A stretch of 64,000 nucleotides of DNA from an uncultured Chloroflexia bacterium (GTDB lineage: Bacteria; Chloroflexota; Limnocylindria; Limnocylindrales; CSP1-4), in NCBI GenBank assembly GCA_963763775.1, contig CAVXPZ010000001.1:1152001-1216000 (forward strand), read 5' to 3'. Positions within the stretch are counted from its first letter, which is position 1, and the number at the start of each line of letters is the position of its first letter. A program made the position numbers and the translations under genes. The notes beneath the pieces were generated by a model that was not told the origin of the DNA, did not search any database, and worked only from the letters and a program-made list of their open reading frames with translations. Below are positions 38,478 through 52,864 of the stretch, in pieces.

Positions 38478-39836
38478 ATGTCGGACCCAATCGGCCCGCG
38501 CGGTCGATCGATGCGCACGCTCGCCGGACTGGCGACGATCGCGGTGCTCGTGGTCGCGTGCTCGAGTAGCACCACCTCGGGCGCGCCGAGCGCCGCCCCA
38601 TCCGCTGCCGCGAGTGCCGTGGCAGTGCCCCCGAAGTACACCTCGGGCACCGCCGGCACCCTTGGCACGACCACGATCCGCTCGAACGAGCATGAGCCGG
38701 TGCCGGCGTCGTCCGTCAAGGCGATGGTCGACTACTGCACCGCCAAGACCGGGGCCGCGGCCACGGTCTCCACGACCGTCCACAACGACTTCCAGGACCA
38801 GTTCAACACGTTCATGCAGGCCACGCCCGATGACTTGGTGAAGTGGTTCACGGGCGAGCGGCTCCGGTTCCCGGCCCGCAACGGCCTGCTCACGCCGATC
38901 GACGACGTGTGGCAGACGATCGCCGCCAACTACTCCGACGGCATGGCCAAGGCCTCGCAGGGCGACGACGGCAAGAAGTACGCGGTGCCGATCGTCTCCT
39001 ATCCGTGGGTCGTCCTCTACCGGAAGAGCTTCTTCACGGAGAAGGGCTACACGGTCCCGAAGACGTGGGACGAGTTCATCACCCTGGCCAAGAAGATCCA
39101 GGCCGACGGCCTGATCCCGCTCGCCTTCGCGGACAAGGACGGCTGGCCCGCGATGGGCACGTTCGATATCCTGAACATGCGCATGAACGGCTATCAGTTC
39201 CACGCCGACCTCCTGGCCGGCAAGGAGAAGTGGACCGACCCGAAGGTCCAGGCGGTCTTCGCCAAGTGGGCGGAGCTGCTTCCCTACACCCAGCCCGACC
39301 CGCTCGGCCGGACCTGGCAGGAAGGCGCCCAGACGTGGGCCAACAACAAGGCGGCCATGTACTTCCTGGGCACGTTCGCGTCCCAGCAGGTGCCGCCGGA
39401 GAACCTGGCCGACGTCGACTTCTTCCCGTTCCCGACCCTCGGGACCCAATACGACTCCGAGTTGGGCATCGACGCCCCCGTCGACGCCTGGATCCTGAGC
39501 AAGGACCCGAAGAACCTGCCGGCCGATCAGGCGATGCTCGCCTGCTTCGGCACCGCCGAAGCGCAGCTGGCGTTCCTCGGCAAGGACCAGAGCCAGATCC
39601 CCGCGGCGAAGGTCACCGACACCAGCTCGTTCACACCGCAGCAGAAGAAGATGGCCGAGATCATCGGGGCGTCCGGTGGCGTCGCCCAGTTCCTCGACCG
39701 CGATACCCGCTCCGACTTCGCCGGGGCGCAAGGGATGCAGGCCCTCCTGCAGGACTTCATCAAGAACCCGTCCCAGGACCTCGCCGCCTACACGGCCAAG
39801 GTCCAGGGCGTCTACGACTCGCTCCCGGCACAGTGA
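38478..39836 (+). CDS. Sugar ABC transporter substrate-binding lipoprotein
   Basis: Lipobox VVAC; PKTWDEF; AAMYFLG; AGGAGG RBS. Confidence 0.92.
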   Translation: MSDPIGPRGRSMRTLAGLATIAVLVVACSSSTTSGAPSAAPSAAASAVAVPPKYTSGTAGTLGTTTIRSNEHEPVPASSVKAMVDYCTAKTGAAATVSTTVHNDFQDQFNTFMQATPDDLVKWFTGERLRFPARNGLLTPIDDVWQTIAANYSDGMAKASQGDDGKKYAVPIVSYPWVVLYRKSFFTEKGYTVPKTWDEFITLAKKIQADGLIPLAFADKDGWPAMGTFDILNMRMNGYQFHADLLAGKEKWTDPKVQAVFAKWAELLPYTQPDPLGRTWQEGAQTWANNKAAMYFLGTFASQQVPPENLADVDFFPFPTLGTQYDSELGIDAPVDAWILSKDPKNLPADQAMLACFGTAEAQLAFLGKDQSQIPAAKVTDTSSFTPQQKKMAEIIGASGGVAQFLDRDTRSDFAGAQGMQALLQDFIKNPSQDLAAYTAKVQGVYDSLPAQ

Positions 39837-39862
39837 TCCGCTGACCCTCAGCTGATCGAATC

Positions 39863-40825
39863 GTGACGTCCGACGTCGCCGATCCCGCAACCCCGACCAC
39901 TCCGGTGGTCGGGGTTGCGGCCGCTTCCAAGCCGAAAGGCGGGATGCGCCTCTCACGTCGCGACAAATGGGTCCTGGGCCTCTTGCTCGGGATCCCCCTG
40001 TTCATCCATGTCTTCCTGGTCTGGGTCCCGACGCTCGCCTCGGTCGTGCTCTCGTTCACGTCGTGGAACGGCATCGGCGGCCTCGACAAGATCAAGTTCG
40101 TCGGCATCGACAACTACCGGGTCCTCGTCACCACCTACCCGCCGTTCTGGCCGGCGATCGAGCACAACCTCATCTGGCTCGGCGTCTTCATGCTGATCGC
40201 GACCCCGATCGGGATCTTCTTCGCCGTGCTCCTCGACAAGGAGATCCGCGGCACGCGGTTCTACCAGGGCGCGCTCTACCTGCCGGTCGTCCTCTCGCTG
40301 GCCATCATCGGGTTCATCGCCCAGCTGTTCCTCTCGACCGACCAGGGGCTGGTCAACGGGATGTTGGGCGCCTTCGGCGTCAAACCCGTCGACTGGCTCG
40401 GGAACTCCAGCCTGAACCTGTGGGCCATCCTCGTCTTCGCGAGCTGGCGGCAGGTGGGCTACGTGATGATCCTGTACCTGGCCGGCCTCAAGGGCGTCGA
40501 TCCCACCCTTCGCGAGGCCGCCAAGGTCGATGGCGCCACGGAGGTCCAGACGTTCTTCCGCGTCGTCTTCCCGGTGATGCGACCGATCAACATCGTCGTG
40601 CTCGTCATCACCGTCATCGAGTCGCTCCGGGCGTTCGACCTCGCGTTCATCATCAACCGCGGGCTCAACGGCCTCGAGCTGCTGTCGGTCCTCGTCACGA
40701 ACAACATCATCGGCGAGGCCAGCCGGATCGGATTCGGCTCGGCGATCGCGGTGATCCTGCTCGTCGTCGCGGTCGGCCCGATCGTCGTCTACCTCTCCCG
40801 GACGTTGCGCGAGGAGGCCCGATGA
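39863..40825 (+). CDS. Sugar ABC transporter permease
   Basis: EAA motif LREAAKVDGA; FVGIDNY. Confidence 0.94.
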   Translation: MTSDVADPATPTTPVVGVAAASKPKGGMRLSRRDKWVLGLLLGIPLFIHVFLVWVPTLASVVLSFTSWNGIGGLDKIKFVGIDNYRVLVTTYPPFWPAIEHNLIWLGVFMLIATPIGIFFAVLLDKEIRGTRFYQGALYLPVVLSLAIIGFIAQLFLSTDQGLVNGMLGAFGVKPVDWLGNSSLNLWAILVFASWRQVGYVMILYLAGLKGVDPTLREAAKVDGATEVQTFFRVVFPVMRPINIVVLVITVIESLRAFDLAFIINRGLNGLELLSVLVTNNIIGEASRIGFGSAIAVILLVVAVGPIVVYLSRTLREEAR

Positions 40826-41727
40826 CCGCCACGAGTCGCCCGATCGCCACGACGACCGTCAAGAAGAAGACCGGGATCCGATGGCGTCGGGTCGCGCTCC
40901 ACTTCTTCCTGTTCACGATGGCGCTGGTCTGGCTCTTCCCGCTGTTGTACGCGCTGTACACGTCGCTGCGGCCGTATGCCGACACCGGCAAGTTGGGGTA
41001 CTTCTCGATCGGCGGGGCGTACAACCTCGACAACTACGTCAAGGCCTTCACGGCAGGGCAACTCCCGTCGTACTTCCTCAACACGCTGATCGTGGTGGTG
41101 CCGGCCGTCTTCCTGACGCTGCTCCTCGCGTCGATGGCGGCGTTCGTGCTCTCGCGCTACAGCTGGAAGACCAACCTGCTCTTCCTGATGATCTTCACCG
41201 CCGGCAACCTGCTGCCGCAGCAGGTCATCATCACGCCGCTCTTCCGGATGTTCCTGCTCCTGCCCCTGCCGCCGATCCTGAGCGACAACGGCATCTGGTA
41301 CGACCAGTACTTCGGCGTGATCGCGATCCACGTCGCGTTCCAGCTGGGCTTCTGCACCTTCGTGCTCAGCAACTACATGAAGACGCTGCCCCAGGAGATG
41401 GTGGAGGCCGCGGTCGTCGACGGCGCCAGCGTGTTCCAGATCTACCGCAAGGTCATCATGCCGCTCGTCCGACCGGCGTTCGCCGCCCTCGTCGTGCTCG
41501 AGACGACCTGGATCTACAACGACTTCTTCTGGGCCCTGCTCCTGATGAAGAGCGGGGAGCGCATGCCGATCACCTCGGCGCTCAACAGCCTCAAGGGCAA
41601 CTTCTTCGTGGACAACAACCTGATCGCCGCGGGGGCGATCATCGTGGCGCTGCCCACCATGATCGTGTTCTTCGCCGCCCAGAAGCAGTTCATCAGCGGC
41701 CTGACGCTGGGGTCGACGAAGGGCTAG
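40822..41727 (+). CDS. Sugar ABC transporter permease
   Basis: EAA motif MVEAAVVDGA; [15 protein letters not shown]. Confidence 0.94.
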   Translation: MTATSRPIATTTVKKKTGIRWRRVALHFFLFTMALVWLFPLLYALYTSLRPYADTGKLGYFSIGGAYNLDNYVKAFTAGQLPSYFLNTLIVVVPAVFLTLLLASMAAFVLSRYSWKTNLLFLMIFTAGNLLPQQVIITPLFRMFLLLPLPPILSDNGIWYDQYFGVIAIHVAFQLGFCTFVLSNYMKTLPQEMVEAAVVDGASVFQIYRKVIMPLVRPAFAALVVLETTWIYNDFFWALLLMKSGERMPITSALNSLKGNFFVDNNLIAAGAIIVALPTMIVFFAAQKQFISGLTLGSTKG

Positions 41728-43978
41728 GAAGGGCGCGTCGGCCGGTCGGCCCGAGCCGACGCTCGAGCACGAACAGGCGCGCCCAGAAGTCCCCGAGCCT
41801 GGCCGCGTCGTGGCGCTCGAGGTCGAGCGCGAACCCGGCCGCCATGAGCTCGGCGCCGGTGCGCTCGCCGGCGTTGGCGCCGGACCAGCAGGTCGTCCGG
41901 GTCCGGCCAGCCCGACACCCGGTAGACCGCCGCCGGGCTCGAGGCCACGGAGCCGGACGCGGCGGTTCTCGGGCGTCGGCCGGTTCAGGATCCGGTAGAC
42001 GCCCACGACCGCGGTCGCCCCCGCCGGGTCGACCACCATCCAGGACACCGCGTCCGGGTCGGGCCCGAACGGGCTCTCGAGCCGATGCAGACGGCCGCGC
42101 TGGAACAGGTCGCGGTGCCGGGCGTAGAACGCGACCTGGGCGGCGACGGCCTCGCGCTCGGGGGCGGTCAGGGCCGTCGGGTCCAGCTCGTACCCGAACA
42201 CGCCGAAGAACGCGACCGCGGCGCGGGTCGCGATCGGCGTGACCCGGCCGGTCTGATGGTTCGGCACGGCCGAGACGTGCGCGCCCATCGCGCCCAGCGG
42301 GTACGCCATCGAGGTCCCCCACTGGATCCGGAGCCGCTCGACCGCGTCGGTGTCGTCGCTCGTCCAGGCCTGCGGCGCGATACGCGAGCATGCCGGGGTC
42401 GAAGCGGCCGCCCCCGCTCGCACAGGACTCGAACAGGATGTCCGGGAAGTCGCGCCGTGAGACGCCGGTACAGCTCGTACACGCCGAGGACGGAGCGGTG
42501 GAAGAACTCACCCTGCCGTTCCGGCGGCAGTCCGAGCCCGTACGGTTCGGTGACGTACCGGTTCATGTCCCACTTGACGTAGGTGATCGGCGCGCTGGCG
42601 AGGACGGCGCGTCAGCGCCTCGGTCAGGTGGTCGACCACCTCGGGCCGGCCGAGGTCGAGGACGAGCTGCTGGCGGCTCTCGGTCCGCGGCCGCCCGGGC
42701 ACGCCGATCGCCCAGTCCGGGTGGGCGCGGAACAGGTCGCTGTCGGCGGAGACCATCTCCGGCTCGATCCACAGGCCGAAGCCCATCCCGAGCTCGGTGA
42801 CGCGCTCGGCGACGGCCGCCGAGACCCTCCGGCAGCTTGCGCCGGTCGACGACCCAGTCGCCGAGCGAGCTGTCGTCGCGGTCGCGATGCCCGAACCAGC
42901 CGTCGTCGAGGACGAAGAGCTCGATCCCGAGCTCCCGCGCCGACCGGGCGATCGCGACGAGCCGATCGGCATCGAACGTCGAAGTAGGTCGCCTCCCAGT
43001 TGTTGATCAGGATCGGTCGGGGCCGGTCGCGCCAGCGACCGCGGGCCAGTCGCTCGCGGAAGAGCCCGTGGAGCGTCTCCGAGAGGCCGCCGAGCCCGGC
43101 GTCCGACCACGCGACGATGGCCTCCGGGGTCGTGAACGACGCGCCGGGCTCGAGATGCCAGCCGAACGTCTCGGGCTCGATGCCGAGGCGGACCCGGGTG
43201 GTCCCGAAGGCGTCGACCTCGGCCTCGGCGAGGAAGTTGCCCGAGTAGACGAGGCTGAAGGCCAGCGCCTCGCCGGCCGCCTCGTCCGTCGTCGGGCGGC
43301 GGAGCGCGAGGAACGGGTTGTGCTGGGCGCTCGAGACGCCACGGCTGCTCGAGGACGACTGGCGGCCCGGCACCAGCGCCCGCTCGACGACGTGCGTCTC
43401 GCGCGCCCAGGCGCCGGCCAGGCCGACCATCACCCAGCCGGCATCGGGCAGGTCGACCGAGACGCTCATCGCGGTTCGCAGGTCGACCGCGGCCGAGCCG
43501 CCCGCGCGGATGGTCGTGCTCCGGGCGATGGCCGAGCGGCCCGCGAAGATCGTGAAGCGGAGGTCGACCTCGAGCCCGGTGAGCTCGTCGACGAGGGTGA
43601 CCTCGAGCGTCTCGGCTTCGTCGTCGGTCTCGGCGTAGGTCGAGGGGAGGCCGTCGAGGTCGGGTTTGCCCTGGCTGATCCGGTGGTCGCGGTAGCGGAG
43701 CGCGAGGGCGGTCGCGCCGTCCGCCCCGGCGGCGACCAGCGCCGGGACGCGGAAGTCGCCGCCGCCCGGGGTCGGATACGCGAAGGGGACGGGGTCGCCG
43801 ACGCGGTTCGCGAAGCCCGCGAACGGGTCCGGGCCGAGGTGCCGGTACGACCGGCCGGCCGGCAGCGGGGCGCCGAGGTGGAGGTGGCCGAGCGACCCGT
43901 CCTCGTACACGCGCAGGACGAGGCTGATCCGCTCGTTGGTCAGGTGGAACTGGCGGTCGTCCGCGCGCCACTCGATGG

Positions 43979-43982
<4 letters not shown>
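41724..43982 (-). CDS. GH36 alpha-galactosidase (several frameshifts; 3' end approximate)
   Basis: [65 protein letters not shown]. Confidence 0.93.
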
Positions 43983-46964
<2,982 letters not shown>

Positions 46965-46968
<4 letters not shown>

Positions 46969-48179
46969 GACCGGGATTGTCGCACGCGACGAGGGGCTCG
47001 GACCGGAAAGGCGAACCAGCCGACCGCGGCGGCTGCGACCGCCAAGACCGCCCCGAGCGCGAAGACGGCGGCCGGCCCGACCGACGCGTACAGGATCCCG
47101 CCGACGAGGTTCGAGATCACCGCCGCCACCCCGAAGGCCACCGTCTGGAAGAGGGACTGACCGGTGGCCTGGAGGTCTGGCGGCAGGAGGACGGCGATGG
47201 TCATCACGACCCCGACGACGACGCCGGCGAAGGCCATCCCGGTGAAGAGCCGGCTCAGGATGATGACCGCCGGAACGTCGACGACCGCCCACGTCGCGAA
47301 ACACGCGGCGTAGATCAAGGCGCTCGCGACGAAGACGCCGCGCAGTCCGATCCGGATGACCACCCAGCCGATGACGAGCATCGAGGGGATCTCCGCGATG
47401 GACGACAGACCGGCCGAGAGCGCCACGTCCGACGGCCCGCCGCCAAGCTCGACGAGCCGAAGGCTCAGGAACGTGATCCCGGAGATCATCCCGATGTGGA
47501 CCAGGGCCACGGCCGTCAGGACCAGCCCGAGTCGTGGGGCGACCCGCAGCGCGACGCCGGCGGAACCGAACTGCCAGGAACGGTGTCGGGTCGGCGTCGA
47601 CGGATCCGCGTGGCGACGCGTGTCGAGCGCCGCCAGGTCGGCGCGTCCGACGTCGGGGATCCGGGTCGAGGCGACCGCCATCAGCATCGCCGAGCCCGTG
47701 CAGATGACGAACGCCGGGGCGTAGCCCGTCCGGTCATAGAGGAACCCGGCGCCGATCGCCGCCATCGCGAACCCCAGGCTCGAGAGCAGCCGGACGCGGG
47801 CATAGCTGCCGCCGGACGTCCGACCGCGGATCGCGTTGACGGTGATGGCGTCGGTGAGCGGCTGCCAGGACGACTCGAAGATCCAGAAGACGACGAACAG
47901 GGCCGCGACGACGATCGTCGGCCAGGCGCCGAGGAGCAGGAGCAGGGCGACCGACGCACCGAGGACGCCGACCTGGAGCGTTCGAGGCCGCCCCAACCGC
48001 ACGTCGGCGAGGTGGCCCCACGCGGGCACGGCGATCGTGAACGCGACGGCGCCAAGGGACGCGACGAGGCCGATGCCGCCCGGCTCGAACCCGAACGACG
48101 CCAGGATGACCGACACGAACGGGAGGAAGACCCCGACGGTGACGCCAAGCGCCAGGGCGAGGACACGAAGCGGTCGCAC
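46965..48179 (-). CDS. MFS transporter (MFS_1-like, HcaT/YwbF type)
   Basis: About 12 TM segments; WGHLADVRLG; YARVRLLSSLGF; stop overlaps the GH2 start. Confidence 0.88.
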
Positions 48180-48295
48180 CTCGGCATCGTAGCGGGCTAC
48201 CGGCCACTCCCTGGCCGGCCGGCCGCCGACGCGGCAACGGTTCGCATCGGATGATCGTTCTGGTCGGTATGACGTCGTCGCTCGGCCCGCACGAG

Positions 48296-48317
48296 TTGGC
48301 CTACCCTCATAGGCCAA
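48296..48317. promoter_or_regulatory. Perfect 8-bp inverted repeat over the -35 of the EamA promoter (GntR/MocR-like operator)
   Basis: TTGGCCTA-CCCTCA-TAGGCCAA; -10 TATCAT 6 nt before ATG 48337. Confidence 0.55.
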
Positions 48318-48336
48318 TGGCCGGTATCATGCGCCG

Positions 48337-49260
48337 ATGAGCGACCGCGGCAACCGGATCGACTGGCTGATCTTCTTCGGGCTCGGCTTCATCTGGGGCT
48401 CGAGCTACCTCTTCATCAAGCTCGCCGTCGATGATTTCGGGACGTTCACGCTCGTCGCGCTGCGGCTGTTCATCGGTGCGGCGCTCCTGTGGGCGGTCGT
48501 CCTCGCCGCGCGCCAGGAGCTGCCGCGCGAGCGGCGGATGTACGGCCACCTGTTCGTCATGGCCGTCATCAACATCACGATCCCGTTCCTGCTCATCACC
48601 TGGGCCGAGCAGTCGGTGGAGTCGTCGCTCGCGGCGATCCTGACCTCGCCGGTGCCGCTGTTCGCGATCGTGCTGTCGGCACTGTTCCTCCCCGACGAGC
48701 CGATGCGCGTCAACGGCCTGATCGGGCTCGCCGTCGGGTTCGTCGGCGTGATCCTCGTCGTCAGCCCCGGCCTGACCGGCGCCGGGTCGTCGGCCACCGG
48801 CGAGATCGCCCTGATCGGCGCGGCCATCAGCTACGCGTGCGGCGCGGTCTACGCCCGGCGGAACGTGCGCGGTCTCCGGCCGATGGTGCCGGCCGTGTTC
48901 CAGGTGACCTTCGCGTTGCTCATCACGGGCGTCCTCGCGCTGCTCTTCGAGCACCCGTGGACCGTGACGCCGGACGCCCAGGCGATCTTCTCGATCATCT
49001 GGCTCGGCGTCCTCGGGTCGGGGCTCGCGTACCTGTTCGTGTTCCGGCTCTTCTCGCACTGGGGCGCGACCCGGACGACGCTCGTCGCGTACCTGATCCC
49101 GGTGGTGGGGATCGTCCTGGGCTATCTCGTGCTGGCCGAGCCGGTCGACGGCCGGCTCGTCATCGGCACGGCCCTGATCATCTCGGGCATCGGCCTGGTC
49201 AACAGCCGACGCGGTCGGCGACGCGTGTTCGGACGGGTACCGCCGATCGAGGCCACCTGA
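48337..49260 (+). CDS. EamA/DMT-family transporter
   Basis: IWGSSYLFIKLAV; two EamA repeats. Confidence 0.93.
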   Translation: MSDRGNRIDWLIFFGLGFIWGSSYLFIKLAVDDFGTFTLVALRLFIGAALLWAVVLAARQELPRERRMYGHLFVMAVINITIPFLLITWAEQSVESSLAAILTSPVPLFAIVLSALFLPDEPMRVNGLIGLAVGFVGVILVVSPGLTGAGSSATGEIALIGAAISYACGAVYARRNVRGLRPMVPAVFQVTFALLITGVLALLFEHPWTVTPDAQAIFSIIWLGVLGSGLAYLFVFRLFSHWGATRTTLVAYLIPVVGIVLGYLVLAEPVDGRLVIGTALIISGIGLVNSRRGRRRVFGRVPPIEAT

Positions 49261-49306
49261 GGGGACCGTCCGAGCGCGCGTGGTCCGGGTTTGACGGGCC
49301 GAAGCC

Positions 49307-50182
49307 CTACCCCACCGCCAGGAGCAGGGCACCCGTCACGATCAACACGGAGGCCCCGACGCGCCGGGTGACCTCGCCCCGGCTCGCGGCCTCGCCAAGC
49401 TTGACCGAGCCCCAGGCCGCGGCGAAGACCGTCGCGGACTCGCGCAGCGGCGCGACGCCGGACAGGGGCGCGACGCTCAGGGCGACCAGGATGCACAGGT
49501 ACGCGCCGAGCGTCAGGAGGCCACCGATCGCGGACCGGCGCACCTGTTCCCGCCCGCCGGCGAAGATCCCGCCGCCCGCGACCAGGGTGACCCAGAGCAC
49601 CAGCATCACGCACGTCGTCGTCCACAGGATCGCGGCGTACGGGACCGGGTCGATCAGCCTCGTCCCCACCGTGTCCACCGCGCTGTAGATCGCGATCGAC
49701 ACGCCCGTCGCGAGGGCGAAGGCGATCGAGGCGTCGAAGCCCGAGCCGCCCCGCAGGAACCGCCACGGCCGTTGCAGCCAGAGGAAGCCGACGAGCAGGA
49801 AGACCACCCCGATCGAGCCCGGGACGCCGAGGCGCTCGCCCAGCACCACGACGCCGATGACGACCGCCACGAGCGGCGCGGTCCCGCGGGCCAGCGGGTA
49901 GACGACCGAGAGGTCACCCCGCCGATACGCGGCGGAGAGCAGGATGAAGTACCCGGCCTCGACCGTGCCGGAGATCAGACCGAGGAGCACGCCCTCGGTG
50001 GACGGCGCCTCCGCCCCACTCGCGTACCACCAGAGCAGGCCGGCCGGGACGATGACCAGCGAGCCGGTGAGCATCCCGACCGTCGCGGCGCGCAACGGGT
50101 CACCGGCGGTCTTGAGACGGACGTTCCACGCGACGTGGAGCACGGCCGAGAACGCGACCAGGCCGATGATGAGGGGGCTCAC
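49307..50182 (-). CDS. EamA/DMT-family transporter
   Basis: LHVAWN, AYRRGDLSVVYPLARGTAP, VAPLRESA. Confidence 0.9.
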   Translation of the reverse strand: MSPLIIGLVAFSAVLHVAWNVRLKTAGDPLRAATVGMLTGSLVIVPAGLLWWYASGAEAPSTEGVLLGLISGTVEAGYFILLSAAYRRGDLSVVYPLARGTAPLVAVVIGVVVLGERLGVPGSIGVVFLLVGFLWLQRPWRFLRGGSGFDASIAFALATGVSIAIYSAVDTVGTRLIDPVPYAAILWTTTCVMLVLWVTLVAGGGIFAGGREQVRRSAIGGLLTLGAYLCILVALSVAPLSGVAPLRESATVFAAAWGSVKLGEAASRGEVTRRVGASVLIVTGALLLAVG

Positions 50183-50201
50183 CCCCGGACGTTACAAGAC
50201 G

Positions 50202-51893
50202 CTAGCGGTCGAGGTCGCGCCGTCGCAGTCCCCACGCCCCGACGAGCACGCCGCCGATCGCGAGCAGGGCGGCAGCCACGATCCCGGTCGGATCGATCAC
50301 GCCGGCCATCGGCTGCCCGAGGTGCTTGAACAGGCTGAGCTGGAGGACCGGATCGGGAAGCTTCAGGGCCGGTCCGAGCAGGTCCAGCGTGAACGTCGCG
50401 ATCGCGAGGAGCGCCGTCGCCGGTGCCGCCCATGACGCGCTGACAAGGCCGCCGACGGCGAGGCCGATCCCGGCGAATGCGGCCGCGGCCAGACCCAGGA
50501 TCGCGGTCCCGACGACCGGCCCGGCGAGGTCGCCCGCCTGGGTCGCCACCGCGAGGGCCACGCAGGCCGCCGCGACGAGTGTCGTCACCGCGATCGCGGC
50601 CATGACGCCGACGCTGCTCGAGAGCATCCAGCGCACTCGGCTGATCGGGACCGCCATCACGACGGCCAGGCGTCCACCGCCCTCGTCCCCGGCCCAGCCG
50701 GCGACGAAGCTCGCCGCGGCGAGGCACATCACGAGCGACGCGAACCCGTAGAACGTCAGCTGGAGGATGCCCGACGGCTGCGAGAAGTCGATGTCGGGGT
50801 AGACCTGCTTCACGAGGTTCACGATCCCCGGGATCTGGCCGAGGCTCTCGGCGAACGCTTTCGCCGACGCGACGATGAGCGCGCCGTACGCCCCGATGGC
50901 CAGGCCCCACGCGATGGCGATCGACGTGCGGTCGGCGAGCTGCCGCCGGAACGGGCCGCCGATGCCGGCGGGAAGCGACGGGAGCCGAAGCCAGCCGAGC
51001 GCCGCGGCGTTCCCGACATCGCGTCGCACGAAGCCCGCGACGCCGACGCCGAGGAGGACCACGCACACGCCGGCCAGCACGGCGACGGACGGCCAGTCCG
51101 TGACGCCCGCCATCGGCCGGTGCCCGGCGGTCCACGCATCCCAGGACAACGGCCGCAGCGCCTCGATGGCGGGCCCGATCGAGGAGTACGCGTTGATGAG
51201 GTTGCTGCCGAACAGCGCGATGAGGCCGAAGGCGGCCGCGCGGGTCCGACCGACGAACGGCGCGGTCGCGAACGCGACGGACCCGGCCGCAAGCATCAAG
51301 AGACCGAACAGGAGGGCCTGGCCGAACGCGGCCCCCAGGGGGATCCGGTCACCGGGCAGCAGCGCGAACTGCTGCCCCACGAGCCAGGTCATGACCGCCC
51401 AGATCGAGACGGCCGCGGCGAGGGCCGTGACGTGTCCACCGACCTTCTGCAAGGCCAGCGAGCGGCGCGCGTGCGGCGTCGAGGCCAGCAGGTCCAGGCT
51501 CCCCTTGGCCGCCTCGCCCGCGAGCGTCCCGGACAGCACCAGGACCGGCCAGATCCCGAAGATCACCGGCAGCGTGTTCGCGATGCGCCAGGACAGGAAC
51601 CCGCCGAGGTGCTCGATGTCGATCGGCTGGCCGAGCAGGCCGCGAAGCGCGAGCGGCAGCGACAGGATCCCCTGCACGAACTGCTGGCGGAGCGCGATGG
51701 TGGCGAACTCCGGGGCCGTGCCGTACGGCGCGCCTGTCCCGAACATGAAGAGCCCGGCGACCACGCCGACGATGATCGCCGCGCGCCGGCCGTCGCGGAC
51801 CGACTTGGCATAGACGCTGCGCAGCCCCATGAGTCGCGACCACGGACGCGACCGTGGCATCCGCCACGCGCGGACGGGCGCCTCAGCGCTCAT
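50202..51893 (-). CDS. ABC-2 type exporter permease (duplicated domains)
   Basis: About 12 TM segments; LAGEAAKGSLDLLASTP and AGDEGGGRLAVVMAVP; FVRRDV / LRRRDL. Confidence 0.88.
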   Translation of the reverse strand: MSAEAPVRAWRMPRSRPWSRLMGLRSVYAKSVRDGRRAAIIVGVVAGLFMFGTGAPYGTAPEFATIALRQQFVQGILSLPLALRGLLGQPIDIEHLGGFLSWRIANTLPVIFGIWPVLVLSGTLAGEAAKGSLDLLASTPHARRSLALQKVGGHVTALAAAVSIWAVMTWLVGQQFALLPGDRIPLGAAFGQALLFGLLMLAAGSVAFATAPFVGRTRAAAFGLIALFGSNLINAYSSIGPAIEALRPLSWDAWTAGHRPMAGVTDWPSVAVLAGVCVVLLGVGVAGFVRRDVGNAAALGWLRLPSLPAGIGGPFRRQLADRTSIAIAWGLAIGAYGALIVASAKAFAESLGQIPGIVNLVKQVYPDIDFSQPSGILQLTFYGFASLVMCLAAASFVAGWAGDEGGGRLAVVMAVPISRVRWMLSSSVGVMAAIAVTTLVAAACVALAVATQAGDLAGPVVGTAILGLAAAAFAGIGLAVGGLVSASWAAPATALLAIATFTLDLLGPALKLPDPVLQLSLFKHLGQPMAGVIDPTGIVAAALLAIGGVLVGAWGLRRRDLDR

Positions 51894-52794
51894 CGTTGAC
51901 CGTGACCGCCTCCTGCCCGTACTGCGCGAGGAAGACGTCCTCGAGGTTCGGCTCGCGGCTCACCACGTCCACCAGGCCGTGCGGTGCCGCGGCGGCCATG
52001 ACCGCCCCGACCGGTCCGTTGACCCGCATCCGGATGCTGGTCCCTTCCGCCTCCACCTGGCTGACGCCGTCGAGTCCCGCGAAGATCTCGGCGGATACCG
52101 GGTCACGGAACGTCAGTTCGACGTGGTGGAACGCCAGCTGGCGGATCGCCTCGATCCGGTCGACCTGGACGAGCCGGCCCTCGCGGATGATCGCGACGCG
52201 GTCGCAGGTCCGGTCCACCTCGTCGATGATGTGCGACGAGAGGAAGATCGTCCGGCCTTCTTCCCTGGCCTCGCGGACGAGCTCGAAGAAGCGCTGCTGG
52301 ATGAGCGGGTCGAGACCGGACGTCGGCTCGTCGAGGATCAGCAGGTCGGGCTTGTGCTGGAGCGCGACGATCAGCCCGACCTTCTGCTTGTTGCCCTTCG
52401 AGTACTCCTTGAAACGGCGACTCGGGTCGAAGTCGAAGCGCTCGATGAGGCTCGAGACGTAGGCCTCGTCGACGCCGCCTCGCAGGTTCGCGAAGTACGC
52501 GATCGTGTCCGAGCCCGTGAGGCGGTCGTACAGGTCGAACTCACCCGGGAGGTATCCGACGCGACGATGGATCGCCACCGGGTCCGCCGTCGTCTCGATG
52601 CCGAACACCGTCGCCCGCCCGGATGTCGGCCGGATCAGGTCGAGCAGCACCCGCATCGTCGTGGTCTTGCCGGCCCCGTTCGGACCGAGGAACCCGAAGA
52701 TCTCGCCGGGCTGGACCTCGAGGTCGAGATCGGTGATCCCGCGATGCTCGCCGTAGCGCTTGGTCAGCCGCTCGGTCCTGATGACGGGGTCCAT
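51883..52794 (-). CDS. ABC transporter ATP-binding protein
   Basis: GPNGAGKTT, YSKGNKQK, ILDEPTSGLDP, LSSH. Confidence 0.95.
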   Translation of the reverse strand: MDPVIRTERLTKRYGEHRGITDLDLEVQPGEIFGFLGPNGAGKTTTMRVLLDLIRPTSGRATVFGIETTADPVAIHRRVGYLPGEFDLYDRLTGSDTIAYFANLRGGVDEAYVSSLIERFDFDPSRRFKEYSKGNKQKVGLIVALQHKPDLLILDEPTSGLDPLIQQRFFELVREAREEGRTIFLSSHIIDEVDRTCDRVAIIREGRLVQVDRIEAIRQLAFHHVELTFRDPVSAEIFAGLDGVSQVEAEGTSIRMRVNGPVGAVMAAAAPHGLVDVVSREPNLEDVFLAQYGQEAVTVNDER

Positions 52795-52864
52795 GCCGCT
52801 CCTTCCGCTGTCGGGACCGACGGGTCCTGGAGCGGACCGTAGCAGGGCGACCGTCGCCGAATCG

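Noticed and set aside
52443-52453. CGATGAGGCTC match to the dispersed repeat
   Set aside because: Only 11 bp, inside a coding sequence; compatible with chance
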